Assembly: GCA_963801185.1 (NCBI GenBank)
Contig: CAWDDW010000001.1
Coordinates: 112,928-176,927, forward strand
Source of the DNA: an uncultured Acidimicrobiaceae bacterium
GTDB taxonomy: Bacteria > Actinomycetota > Acidimicrobiia > Acidimicrobiales > Bog-793
DNA: 64,000 bases
Direction of reading: 5' to 3'
Positions 34,583 to 43,669 of the stretch are shown piece by piece. Positions within the stretch are counted from its first letter, which is position 1; each line of letters begins with the position of its first letter. Below the pieces are notes generated by a model that did not search any database, was not told the origin of the DNA, and was given only the letters and a program-made list of their open reading frames with translations. A program made the translations under genes and the position numbers.

Positions 34583-35659
34583 CTAGGCAGAGAGCGAATC
34601 TCTCACCCACTGCGAGTTCGTCGTGAGCACCCCGCTCAGTGCGGGTCGTTCCTTCCCACTCACCCCGCCAATGGCAACGAGACGCTCCTGGCTGCCCTTT
34701 CGCAGGAAGGCGCACCACAACGGACTGTAGGTGAGCTGGGAGGTCTCCGAGGCAAGGCTTCGGAGCGGCAGCTGGACACCGAGCTGGGTCAAGCTAGCCG
34801 CGTGCCTTTGCTTAGCTGCATCAGTGGTCACTGACCGGTAGCGCTCGACGCGAGCGAGCAGACCGTCTCGGATTTTCGCGTCGGTGAGACGAGGTCGTAC
34901 ATGTGCCCGCCCAACGTCAATTGGCACGAGGTTCGGCGGCTGTTCGCTCTTGTCCAAGTAAGTGCCTGCGAGAGCTTCGTAACGATTCCAGCTGCGGGTC
35001 ACCCTCGGTACCTGCCGGAAGCCCTGGACGCGGGTGATACCGAGCTGCAACACCCACACAGGCAGCCAGATGGGGCCGAACCAGATCACCTCCTCCCGAC
35101 CAATGCCGAGTGTGCCCCGTGCGATGCGCTCGACCAGCTGGCGCGCAGCCACACCATCTGTGGCGAAGGGACTGCCTAGCGCTTGGACCTGAGCAGCGGC
35201 GAATCTCACGTCGTTGACAGGCACTTGGCCGAGCCGGGCCGTGAGTTCTTCCGGACCCCATAGCTCGATGTTGGCCTGTCCGGCCACCTGAGCAGCCTGG
35301 GCGGTCCAGCCAGAGAGCGCCGCAATGATCCCCTTGGCGGCTCCCAGGTCAGCGAGGACGCCAGCAAGCTTGTAGATGACGTCTTTGTCGATGGGCGCTT
35401 TCCACGCTTTGCATTCCACGACCAGCCGGAAGGTCGTCAACCCATCAGACTTGTCTCCGACCACGTCCAGCTCGTGACGAGCGCCTGACCTCCCCTCGAC
35501 CATGACGTTGCAGCGGACCGCGTAGCCATGCTGGGTCAGGAACGCGCCGATCTGCTGCTCCAGTGCCCGTCCGCGGTCTTGAGTCGTGGTCACCTGCCCC
35601 CCAGTTGCCATCGCGATCATATGCGCTGAGGTCGGACGCGGACGGAGACACGGATGCAC
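34583..35659 (-). CDS. Mrr-like PD-(D/E)xK restriction endonuclease domain protein with uncharacterised ~220-aa C-terminal region
   Basis: N-terminal GARHELDVVGD...FRLVVECKAWKAPIDKDVIYKL. Alternative starts at 35620 or 35611 (MIAMATGG). Confidence 0.6.
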   Translation of the reverse strand: MHPCLRPRPTSAHMIAMATGGQVTTTQDRGRALEQQIGAFLTQHGYAVRCNVMVEGRSGARHELDVVGDKSDGLTTFRLVVECKAWKAPIDKDVIYKLAGVLADLGAAKGIIAALSGWTAQAAQVAGQANIELWGPEELTARLGQVPVNDVRFAAAQVQALGSPFATDGVAARQLVERIARGTLGIGREEVIWFGPIWLPVWVLQLGITRVQGFRQVPRVTRSWNRYEALAGTYLDKSEQPPNLVPIDVGRAHVRPRLTDAKIRDGLLARVERYRSVTTDAAKQRHAASLTQLGVQLPLRSLASETSQLTYSPLWCAFLRKGSQERLVAIGGVSGKERPALSGVLTTNSQWVRDSLSA

Positions 35660-35910
35660 GCCGAACGTCGCGGTGATCGACCGCGATGCAGCGAACGGGC
35701 TTCGCCGGTTGGGCGGGGCTACGGGACCAGTTGCGCCCGCTCGTCGAGCCGATGGTCGAGCGAGTGATGGCGGCGGACAGAGAGATGTGGAAACGGCTGG
35801 CCGTCGAGGAGGGGCGTTGATAGCTCAGTCGTAGGGAGCAGCCGTCGCGCGTTGCCTACCTGGTCACCCGGCATCCGCGCCTCCCGAGAGGAGTCCCTTA
35901 CTAGGCCAAC

Positions 35911-36303
35911 CTAGACCGATGCGGCTTTCAGCGCCCGCGGGAACAGGAGCGCCGCAAGGACGATTACGCCAAGCGCTAGCGCCCCTGCTGCCCGCTGGTT
36001 CTGCGACTGCATGTTCGCTGCGAGAGTCAGGCCGTCTACGAGCAGCTCCTCGTCTTGGCGGTAGAAGGGCGGGCTTACCGCTTCGACCGCCTCAGTGAAG
36101 AACTCGCCCTCGGGAGTGCCGAGCCAAGTTCCCAGACCAAGTGCTCGGTACTCGGCTGAGGCGAGCAGCTGCTGTGCCAGCTCTTGCTTCGAGGGTCGTT
36201 GTGCTGGCAGCGACCGACCGTAAGACGGCACCCCACCCCACCTCCTCGGGAAGGTGATGTGCCGATTGAGGAAGGCAGTGAGCCTCTGTTGCTTGTCGTC
36301 CAT
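35911..36303 (-). CDS. Hypothetical C-terminally membrane-anchored protein (131 aa)
   Basis: ATG 36303 (MDDKQQRL...) is preceded by AAAGGA 8 nt upstream. Hydrophobic tail AAGALALGVIVLAALLF. The upstream part of track ORF 35911..36582 looks non-coding. Confidence 0.45.
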   Translation of the reverse strand: MDDKQQRLTAFLNRHITFPRRWGGVPSYGRSLPAQRPSKQELAQQLLASAEYRALGLGTWLGTPEGEFFTEAVEAVSPPFYRQDEELLVDGLTLAANMQSQNQRAAGALALGVIVLAALLFPRALKAASV

Positions 36304-36438
36304 CGCATGTCCTTTCGCAGGTGAGCGAACTTCGTTACGGATGATGATGTCTGCCGAGCGCCTGGATTGCGCAACTGTGCCGAATTTCGATGGGGCGTCT
36401 ACAGGACAGCGAACACCCGCGTCGTAACCTCTAGGAGC

Positions 36439-36672
36439 ATGAGGCGCATTAGCGACGCACTGCGAAACCTCGTGGCCGAGGCAAACGCTCGCGGGGCGAC
36501 GATTCGCGGGCATGGGTTGAAGCCGTCTCAGGTGTCTAACTGGCAGGATCGCTCGATCATCGCGCCCGAGGCGTGGGATCACCCCGGACGACCGATACCG
36601 GACGCGCTTCGAGCATGTTCAACTCCCGCTGTACGTCGTCGTCGAGCCGGACGGAGGCTGCGCGTGCCATGA
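36439..36672 (+). CDS. Possible small HTH (XRE-like) protein
   Basis: MRRISDALRNLVAEANARGATIRGHGLKPSQVSNWQDRS resembles an HTH. The Arg-rich tail and the very short SD spacing make it doubtful. Confidence 0.25.
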   Translation: MRRISDALRNLVAEANARGATIRGHGLKPSQVSNWQDRSIIAPEAWDHPGRPIPDALRACSTPAVRRRRAGRRLRVP

Positions 36673-36850
36673 GGGAGGTGTATCTGAAGCTGTCATACAG
36701 GTCGCCCGCTACGCGAGAGCTGCGAAGGCGCTCTGGGTCGTGCGGACCGAACTCCACCACGTTGCGCGGTCTTAAGAGTTCTCAGAGTGCCAAAAAGGGC
36801 TTTTTCGGTCACGGCAGAGGCCCGGGACTTGCCATTGGATACAAGCTGCG

Positions 36851-38449
36851 ATGAAATGCGGGCACCCGGGTGGCTGCACCGAGTCACAGGAAGACGGATC
36901 GATGCGTGTACAACAAGCGAAGCCTTTGGGACCGGCCTTGCTACCGACGCCGCCTTCCGATGAGGAGCGGGTCCTCTACGTCCGGCGCGAGATCTGGATC
37001 CTGCTCGTCGCCCTCGCGGCCGCCTTCGCTTGTCTCACCTATGGGTTCGTCCGAGCGTGCTTGATCACCGGGTGGTACGACGTGTTCCTCGCCTATTGGG
37101 CATTCGTCACCGTGTCTTTCATCATCTCCGTGCCCGTGAACTTCTTCGCCAAGGACTTCGACCTTCGTGGCCACGACGAGCTCGTCGCCACCTGGTCGCC
37201 GGCAATCTATCCGAGCGTCGACATATGGCTGCCGATCTGCGGCGAGGCGACGGAAGTTCTGCGGAACACATGGGAACACGTCGCACGCCTCTCATATCCT
37301 GGCGAACTGAAGGTCTACTGTCTCGACGACGTCGGCGTTCCCGAATGCGAGGCCATGGCGGCGGAGTTCGGCTTCGCCTACCTAAGCCGCCCTGACAAGG
37401 GGTGGATGAAGAAGTCGGGCAACCTGCACTACGCCTACCGGCACAGCTCTGGGGAGTTGATTGCTCTCTTCGATGCCGACTTCTGTCCGAGGCCTGGCTT
37501 CCTCCTCGAGCTGGTGCCGTATCTCGACCGAGACCCGTCCGTCGGCATCGTCCAGTCGGCACAGTACTTCCGAGTAGACCGTGTCCAGAACTGGATCGAG
37601 CGAGGTGCGTCACAGGTGCAGGAGTTCTTCTACCGCGTGTGCCAGTCGTCGCGTGGCAAGAAGGGGGGCGCCATCTGCTGCGGGACGAACGCGGTATACC
37701 GCAGAGCCGCGCTCGATCAGAACGGCGGGATGACGGTGATCGCGCAGGGAGAGGACATGCGGACCGGTTTCGATCTTGCGCAACTCGGCTGGAGCCTGCT
37801 GTATCTTCCGCTCAACCTTGCCATGGGACTGAGCCCTTCGGAGATGTCGTCATACTTCAAACAGCAATACCGCTGGTGCAGCGGATCACTGAGGCTCGTC
37901 GCGGAGCGAGAGTTCTGGGAGTCACGCCTGTCACCGGAGTCGAAGCTCTGCTACATAGCGGGGTTCAACTACTACCTCCAGGCAGGGCTCTACAACTTCG
38001 TCCTGCCCATGCTGATCGTCTCGCTGCTCGTCTTCTTCCCACACCAGTTCAGGGCGATCGACTACGTGTTCATCCTGCCGGCGATCCTGGTGATGACCAT
38101 CGGGTACCCGCTGTGGCACAAGTGTAAGTTCGGTCCGGCAGCCTGGTCGATCCGCATTGTCCAACAGTGGACCTATGTCTTTGCGGCGATGGATTTCCTT
38201 CGCGAGATGACCATCCCATGGGACGCGACAGGAGCCAGGGGAGGCTCGGTTGGTTCAACGGCGCGTTATCGGCAGTTCCGGTGTTCGGTCATCGGGTGGA
38301 ACGGGCTCGTGAGCCTGGCGTGGGTCACCTTGTCCGTGTGGCGGCTCAGCACCGGCGACTGGACGAGCTTCGTCTTCGTGACGACCATGGGCATGTTCTG
38401 GCTCGTGACGACGTCTCGGGTCATCTACAGCTTCAGATGGTCGGAGTGA
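36851..38449 (+). CDS. Family 2 glycosyltransferase, processive cellulose-synthase-like
   Basis: VDIWLPICGE, YCLDDVG, ALFDADFCPRP, GTNAVYRRAAL, QQYRWCSGS (QxxRW), with flanking TM segments. ATG 36902 is an alternative start. Confidence 0.85.
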   Translation: MKCGHPGGCTESQEDGSMRVQQAKPLGPALLPTPPSDEERVLYVRREIWILLVALAAAFACLTYGFVRACLITGWYDVFLAYWAFVTVSFIISVPVNFFAKDFDLRGHDELVATWSPAIYPSVDIWLPICGEATEVLRNTWEHVARLSYPGELKVYCLDDVGVPECEAMAAEFGFAYLSRPDKGWMKKSGNLHYAYRHSSGELIALFDADFCPRPGFLLELVPYLDRDPSVGIVQSAQYFRVDRVQNWIERGASQVQEFFYRVCQSSRGKKGGAICCGTNAVYRRAALDQNGGMTVIAQGEDMRTGFDLAQLGWSLLYLPLNLAMGLSPSEMSSYFKQQYRWCSGSLRLVAEREFWESRLSPESKLCYIAGFNYYLQAGLYNFVLPMLIVSLLVFFPHQFRAIDYVFILPAILVMTIGYPLWHKCKFGPAAWSIRIVQQWTYVFAAMDFLREMTIPWDATGARGGSVGSTARYRQFRCSVIGWNGLVSLAWVTLSVWRLSTGDWTSFVFVTTMGMFWLVTTSRVIYSFRWSE

Positions 38450-38462
38450 ACTGGTCGGTTCG

Positions 38463-40160
38463 ATGACCGAGGGTCCTCGTGTCGTCGGCGACACCGTACC
38501 GGTGGGGGCACGGAGGCTGTATCTGGAGATTGGCCCAAGAGTGAGCACGCGAGCGGTCGCCGTCCTGCGGGCCCACGGTGTGCTGATCGCCATACTCGTG
38601 ATTCAGGCCGGCTTGACTCTCCGCCTTTCCAATACCGCGTTCAACGACGAGGCCACCTATCTGAACGCTGGCAACGCGGTGCTGGCACACCTTCTGCACG
38701 GAACGCCGCTTGCCGACTATGCGGCGAGCTTCTCGGGCGCGCCATTCATCTACCCACCGATCGCGGCGCTCGTCGCCCGGCTCGGCGGGCTGTGGGCCGT
38801 GCGCGCCCTCAGCGCCGCGTTCATGCTCGCGGCGACCGGTTTCGTCTTCGGGTTCGGCCGCCGGCAGTTCAACTGGACGGTGGGCATCGTGGCCGCGGCC
38901 ACGTTCAGCGTGGCTGCTTCGACGCTGTTCCTCGGCAACTTGGCGACCTACGACGCGATGGCGGTTGGCTTGTTGTCGTTCGCGCTCTGGCTCTTGCCGG
39001 TGGCGATCGGCGCGACCGGATGGAGATCGTGGGGGGCGGTCGCCGGCTCGGGGATGGTCGCGGCCCTCGCCGGCGTGACGAAGTATGCCGCCCTCCTCTA
39101 CCTCCCAGGGCTGATCGCAGTGGCCTTTCTCACGGCCGTGGCCAAGATGGGAGCGCTGCGTTCGACCACTCGGGTCCTTGTACCGATGGTTCTCGGGTCG
39201 CTCGGTCTGCTCGGCGCAGCTGTCTGGCTGGCACCGAGCCTTCTCCAAGGGCTTCACAGCTCGACGACGGCTCGCGCTCTTGGGACTACGCCGGAGTCGA
39301 CCATCGTCGCCCAAGCCGCCCTCTACATCGGCGGCATGCTGATCGTCGCGTTCGCCGCTGTAGTTGGCGAGGCTCTCGCCGAGGTGCCGCTCAGCCGGTG
39401 GGTGCTCGGGGTTGTGCTCGCGCTGAGCGGCCTGCTCGCGCCCATCTATCAGATGTACCTGCACACCAACGTGTCGTTACAGAAGCACGCCGGTTACGGC
39501 CTCCTTTTCGTCGCGCCGATGGTGGGTGTCGCGACATGGCGCGCGATGGTGCATTGGCGAAGGCGGATGCTCGTCCCGTTCGTCGGGCTGCTGCTCGTGT
39601 TCATCTCGCTCGGGGCGAACACGTCCGAGACTCTTTTCGATCAGTGGCCCAACACTACGAGCCTCATCCATTCGCTCGCACCGATGGTACGGCGCGGTCA
39701 TGAGGTCTACCTCGTCGAGGAGGCCTCGGTGCCGCAGTATTACTTCGGCTCGAGGATCGATTCGGACCAGTGGGTGAGCACGTACTTCTTCACGTACGAG
39801 AAGCCGGCGACCGGCGCCGATGCTCGACCTAGGATGCAAGGAGCACTTGCCTATAAGGCGGCAATCGCGGACTCGTACTTCGCGGTCATCGCACTCAGCA
39901 ACGGTCCGACGAAGCTGCTCGACGTCACGCTCGAGCGAGCAATCCGGGCGAACCGGGACTACAAGCTCGTCGCGCGCGTGCCCTACCTGACGTCGTTCGG
40001 ATACGGCCGTTGGAAGGTTTGGGAGCGCGTGGCACCGGCGGTCACGCCTCGCGCTCGTCTCGACGGCTCGCCCTGGTCACAGGCGCTAACACCGGACGTC
40101 GGGCCTCCGCCAGCTCGCCGATCTACTCCTGTGCCGTGCGCGGCCGGGCCTCGGCCGTAG
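38463..40160 (+). CDS. Polytopic membrane protein, GT39/ArnT-like glycosyltransferase fold
   Basis: 565 aa with about 10 hydrophobic segments. N-terminal loop motif NTAFNDEATYLNAG. Soluble C-terminal domain. Confidence 0.65.
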   Translation: MTEGPRVVGDTVPVGARRLYLEIGPRVSTRAVAVLRAHGVLIAILVIQAGLTLRLSNTAFNDEATYLNAGNAVLAHLLHGTPLADYAASFSGAPFIYPPIAALVARLGGLWAVRALSAAFMLAATGFVFGFGRRQFNWTVGIVAAATFSVAASTLFLGNLATYDAMAVGLLSFALWLLPVAIGATGWRSWGAVAGSGMVAALAGVTKYAALLYLPGLIAVAFLTAVAKMGALRSTTRVLVPMVLGSLGLLGAAVWLAPSLLQGLHSSTTARALGTTPESTIVAQAALYIGGMLIVAFAAVVGEALAEVPLSRWVLGVVLALSGLLAPIYQMYLHTNVSLQKHAGYGLLFVAPMVGVATWRAMVHWRRRMLVPFVGLLLVFISLGANTSETLFDQWPNTTSLIHSLAPMVRRGHEVYLVEEASVPQYYFGSRIDSDQWVSTYFFTYEKPATGADARPRMQGALAYKAAIADSYFAVIALSNGPTKLLDVTLERAIRANRDYKLVARVPYLTSFGYGRWKVWERVAPAVTPRARLDGSPWSQALTPDVGPPPARRSTPVPCAAGPRP

Positions 40161-40162
40161 GC

Positions 40163-41257
40163 TCAGGGTCCGGTGATGTCGGCGCCCGCCTCGTGGAAGT
40201 ACGTGCGCAACAGCTCAGCGGAACGTGGGAACGAGGAGATCTCGTAGCGTGTGCCACCGGTCTGGTCGAAGTTGAACCACAGCTGGGCCTTGACGAGCGG
40301 GTGCTCGTGCATCCAGCGCCAGAACTTGGATACGAGCACCGTCGAGTCGCCTGACCCTGGGTCACTGAGGGCCCACTCTGAGACCATTACCGGCTTGTCA
40401 CGGCTGGCTGCGAAGGTGTACTCGGCATCGAGCGCATCTGGCCCGTGCTGCATGAACTTCCAGCTAGCCGAAGCGAGGTACGCGTCGATACCGACCCAGC
40501 CGACATACGCGTTACCTGGATACCAAGCGCTGAGGGGATAGCGCTGCGGATGGTTCACTTCGTACATCGTCGGACACCACACGAAGGTCACGTTCGGAGC
40601 CGTGCGGAAGAGCTTCACCGTACGGCGCCACGCCGCCACGTACTCGGTCGGGCTGTTCCCCGGGCGGGTCTTTCCGCCCTGGGTCTCGGCCGACCACGGA
40701 TACCAGTGACCGTTGAACTCCCAGTCCAGCCGGATGAAGAGTGGGCGTCCGTATCGGCGGGCTTCGTTCGCGACCCGACGGATGTACCCGTCGTACGATC
40801 CGTCAGCGATCGACTCGAGCGTGCCGTTACCCGGGAAGTCCCAGGTGAGCATCGCGGTGTCTCCAACCGTTCTGATGTGGGAGAGGATGCCTCCGAAGTC
40901 CTGGTTGGGGCTAGTGAACAGGTCCCAGATCGCCACGTGCCTGAGTCCTGTCGAGTGGAGGAAGCCCGAGTAGGAGGGCCCTGTCTCAGTCGACGAGACG
41001 CCGACGTAAGTCTCGCCCGGCCCCGGCTCGAAGGTCGGCAGGGCGTGCTGGACGACCGTCGATGCCACCTGTCTCGGCTGACCATGTGAACGTGGTCCGT
41101 GGGAGCTGGCTAAGGCGGCGTGCACCGGCAGATCGCGTGCAGCGGCGGGACCGGCGACGATGAATGCAACCGCTGCCACCAGGATGGCGAGGACGCTCGA
41201 CAGCTGTCCGACGACCGAGATCGTTGTCCGCCTGGTCCCGCGAAACCCGCGTCCCAT
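40163..41257 (-). CDS. Glycoside hydrolase family 26-like (beta-mannanase-type) with N-terminal membrane anchor or signal
   Basis: FIRLDWEFNGHWYPWS (GH26-type W.E.NG.W..W), AWYPGNAYVGWVGIDAY, and N-terminal hydrophobic VLAILVAAVAFIVAGPAAA. Confidence 0.75.
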   Translation of the reverse strand: MGRGFRGTRRTTISVVGQLSSVLAILVAAVAFIVAGPAAARDLPVHAALASSHGPRSHGQPRQVASTVVQHALPTFEPGPGETYVGVSSTETGPSYSGFLHSTGLRHVAIWDLFTSPNQDFGGILSHIRTVGDTAMLTWDFPGNGTLESIADGSYDGYIRRVANEARRYGRPLFIRLDWEFNGHWYPWSAETQGGKTRPGNSPTEYVAAWRRTVKLFRTAPNVTFVWCPTMYEVNHPQRYPLSAWYPGNAYVGWVGIDAYLASASWKFMQHGPDALDAEYTFAASRDKPVMVSEWALSDPGSGDSTVLVSKFWRWMHEHPLVKAQLWFNFDQTGGTRYEISSFPRSAELLRTYFHEAGADITGP

Positions 41258-41440
41258 GGGGCTCAGTATGGCAGGTTTCGAGCGAAATTGCGACTCTCCG
41301 CGGTGAGGTGACCACTATCTGCGACATTCACGGTCGGACCGGCACGTGCGCGTGGCAGACTGCGTCTTGTAGCCGTTAGGCGCGCGACCACAGTGCGCCT
41401 GTCCCATTCGCTCTTCAACCGTCGTGCCCTGGAGGTCACC

Positions 41441-42928
41441 ATGCAGCCAAGACGGTCCTCGTCAAGAGTGCGGTTAGTCGTCCTTTCCACCTTGCTCGTC
41501 GCCGTCGTGAGCCTCGTCACTGTCTTCGTCGTCGGCCGAGGGGGTGCCTCCGCCAGCCGAGCACGCCCACCCAGCGAGCCGCTGGGCGTTGGCGCGGATG
41601 CGGTGAAGACACAACTGCTGACGACCTTCCTCGCGAACTTCGGAAGGACGAGCTACGAATCCGACAGCGCGCTCACGACGACGGACGTGGCCTTCTTGAA
41701 GCAGCAGTGGGCGATCAACGGGAAGTCGGCCATCTCGGCCGAGCCCGCTGTCTACGAGAACGTCGTCTACTGGGGCAACTGGGGCGGCTATGAGACTGCC
41801 ACGAACGCCTCGACCGGCAAGCAACTGTGGCAGGACTATCTCGGTCGCACAGTCGGCCAGCCACATCACAACTGCCAGCCGGATCGCGTGGGCGTGGCGA
41901 GCTCAGCCTCCGTGGCGAAGGTGGACGGCGCGTTGCGGATAATCGTCGGGACCGGTGCGGGCGGCGTCGCGTCGATCGACGCCTCGAACGGCAAGATCGA
42001 GTGGGACACTCGTATCGCGCCGAAGATCGGTGGCTTCGTGTGGAGCTCGCCCACCGTCTTCGACGGTTCCGTGTACATAGGCGTCGCCTCTTTGGGCGAT
42101 TGTCCCCTCGTCCCCGGCAAGATGGTGAAGCTGAATGCGAAGACCGGGGCGATCGAGCACGAGTTCACCTCCGCCGTGCCGAAGAATTGCAGCGGTGACA
42201 CCATGTGGTCGTCGCCCGCGATCGATGTGCATCTGAAGGCCCTGTTCATCACAACCGGGAACTCGAACACGAGCAGGGGGAAGAACTGCTACACGAAGGA
42301 CAACGACGCGATTCTGAAGCTGTCGGCGACGACTCTTGCACTCGAGAGCCGGTGGCGGATACCGCGCGGCCTCGAGTTCCTGGACGCGGACTTCGGGGCC
42401 TCCCCGACTTTGTTCAACGCGCACATCGGCCGGCGGACGGTCGCCCTCGTGGGTGCCACGAGCAAGGACGGTGTCTTCTACGCGCTCCGGCGGGACGACT
42501 TCGCGGCGGGACCGGTGTGGACGCTTCGAGTATCAATAAAGGGCGACTGTCCTAACTGCGGAGCAGGGTCCATCGCGTCCGCTGCTTACGACGGCAGCAG
42601 TCTCTACCTCGCGGGTGGGCAGACCACCATCAGGGGCAAGCACTGCGAAGGAAGCCTCCGGAGCGTCGACCCGTCGAACGGTAAAGAGATCTGGGCTGAT
42701 TGCCTCTTCGATCCTGTGCTCGCCGCGCCAACCGTCGTCCACGGCGTCGTCTTCGTGGTCTACGGTCCGGAGCTCAACGCAATCGACACCGCAGACGGGA
42801 CGAAGCTCTTCAAGTACTTCGATCCGGTCGAAAAGGCCGACCTATGGGGGACGGTGACAGTCTCGGGATCGTGGATCTACTTTGGTGGCATGGACAATCG
42901 GCTGAGGTCGTTCTCGATCGTCGACTGA
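41441..42928 (+). CDS. PQQ-like beta-propeller repeat protein, N-terminally anchored
   Basis: Repeated ..VY.G..dG.l.A.d..tGk..W motifs (e.g. ATNASTGKQLWQ, IDASNGKIEWD, LNAKTGAIEHE, VDPSNGKEIWA). GGAGG lies 6 nt upstream of ATG 41441. The track ORF starts at 41393. Confidence 0.75.
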   Translation: MQPRRSSSRVRLVVLSTLLVAVVSLVTVFVVGRGGASASRARPPSEPLGVGADAVKTQLLTTFLANFGRTSYESDSALTTTDVAFLKQQWAINGKSAISAEPAVYENVVYWGNWGGYETATNASTGKQLWQDYLGRTVGQPHHNCQPDRVGVASSASVAKVDGALRIIVGTGAGGVASIDASNGKIEWDTRIAPKIGGFVWSSPTVFDGSVYIGVASLGDCPLVPGKMVKLNAKTGAIEHEFTSAVPKNCSGDTMWSSPAIDVHLKALFITTGNSNTSRGKNCYTKDNDAILKLSATTLALESRWRIPRGLEFLDADFGASPTLFNAHIGRRTVALVGATSKDGVFYALRRDDFAAGPVWTLRVSIKGDCPNCGAGSIASAAYDGSSLYLAGGQTTIRGKHCEGSLRSVDPSNGKEIWADCLFDPVLAAPTVVHGVVFVVYGPELNAIDTADGTKLFKYFDPVEKADLWGTVTVSGSWIYFGGMDNRLRSFSIVD

Positions 42929-42957
42929 ATCGACAGAGCGACGCCCCTCGGGGCCAC

Positions 42958-43508
42958 CTACCGGGCCGTCGTACTGACGCTGCTCGGTGGAGTCGGCGTC
43001 TTCTGGATCTTCCAGCTCTTGCCGTTCCACTGCGGCAAGAGGCGGTGCAGGTTGTTGACGACACGCACGACACGGCGGACAGCTCGGGGTCAGTGCCGTT
43101 CGTGGGATCGGTGGTGGTCTCGACCTTCCAGGTCTTGCCGTTCCACTGCGCGGCCAAGCTCACGTACTCGCTCGTCGCGAAGTAGGTGCCGACGGCGGTG
43201 CAGCTCCTCGCCGACGCGCACGACACGCCGGACAGGCCGAAGTCCATGCCGCCGGACACGGCGGATGTCGCGTCCATCTTCCAGGTCTTGCCGTTCCACT
43301 TCACCGTCAGCGCCACCGACTTGCCGGCGGCGTCGATCGACGAGCCGACTGCCATGCAGAATCTCGGGCCGCGGCAGGAGACGCCCGCGAGCTTGCCGTT
43401 CGGCACATTGGCGGCCGTCACGTGCAAGTGAGCCCGGCCAGCGCCTCCGCCGGCGGCCATGGCGGGACTTGCCGACGCGCAGGCGGCCACAAGTAGGAGC
43501 ACCAGCAC
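42958..43508 (-). pseudogene. Secreted/lipoprotein with ~50-aa Cys repeats (L.GVSC....C.AVG...WNGKTWK); last repeat shortened and out of frame
   Basis: Track ORF 42810..43508 becomes Arg-rich nonsense after CVSSTTCTA. The -1 frame reads LLPQWNGKSWKIQKTPTPPSSVSTTAR and stops at 42958. Lipobox LLVAAC is present. An upstream ATG at 43549 is in another frame. Confidence 0.55.
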
Positions 43509-43669
43509 TGCAGGCCTTCCGACGAAGAGGTGTCGTCGGGCGAGGGCATCGCAACCTTCGTCTATGTTGTTGTCGCGATACGGTCGTCATGCAGCAACGC
43601 TCCCTCGACGGTCACCCGGTTGCCTTGGCCTAGCCTGCCAGCTGAACCCATCGCAAGGAGGCAGCCCAG

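Larger units (their letters stand above)
31377..36850. mobile_element. Decayed integrated element / genomic island flanking tRNA-Leu (right boundary not defined)
   Basis: A recombinase tail overlaps the tRNA 3' end. Truncated and nuclease-type accessory genes follow, with several non-coding stretches. No matching direct repeat of the tRNA 3' end was found by eye. Confidence 0.4.

Noticed and set aside
35812-35842. tRNA-like 5' half (GGGGCGT-TGA-TAGCTCAGTCGTAGGGAGCAG)
   Set aside because: An acceptor-like 7-mer and a D-arm are present. There is no foldable anticodon stem, T-arm or complementary 3' acceptor strand downstream. It is at best a relic fragment and not a tRNA gene.
36557-36760. Small minus-strand ORF with a ribbon-helix-helix-like start (MARAASVRLDDDVQRELNML)
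   Set aside because: Only ~37 codons follow the plausible ATG (36670), which is too short for an RHH domain. It also overlaps the equally weak + strand HTH-like ORF.
38433-39703. Long ORFs 38433..39464(-) and 38792..39703(+) inside the GT39-like gene
   Set aside because: Their products are Arg/Gly/Pro-rich with no hydrophobic segments. The 38463..40160 frame gives a coherent polytopic membrane protein.
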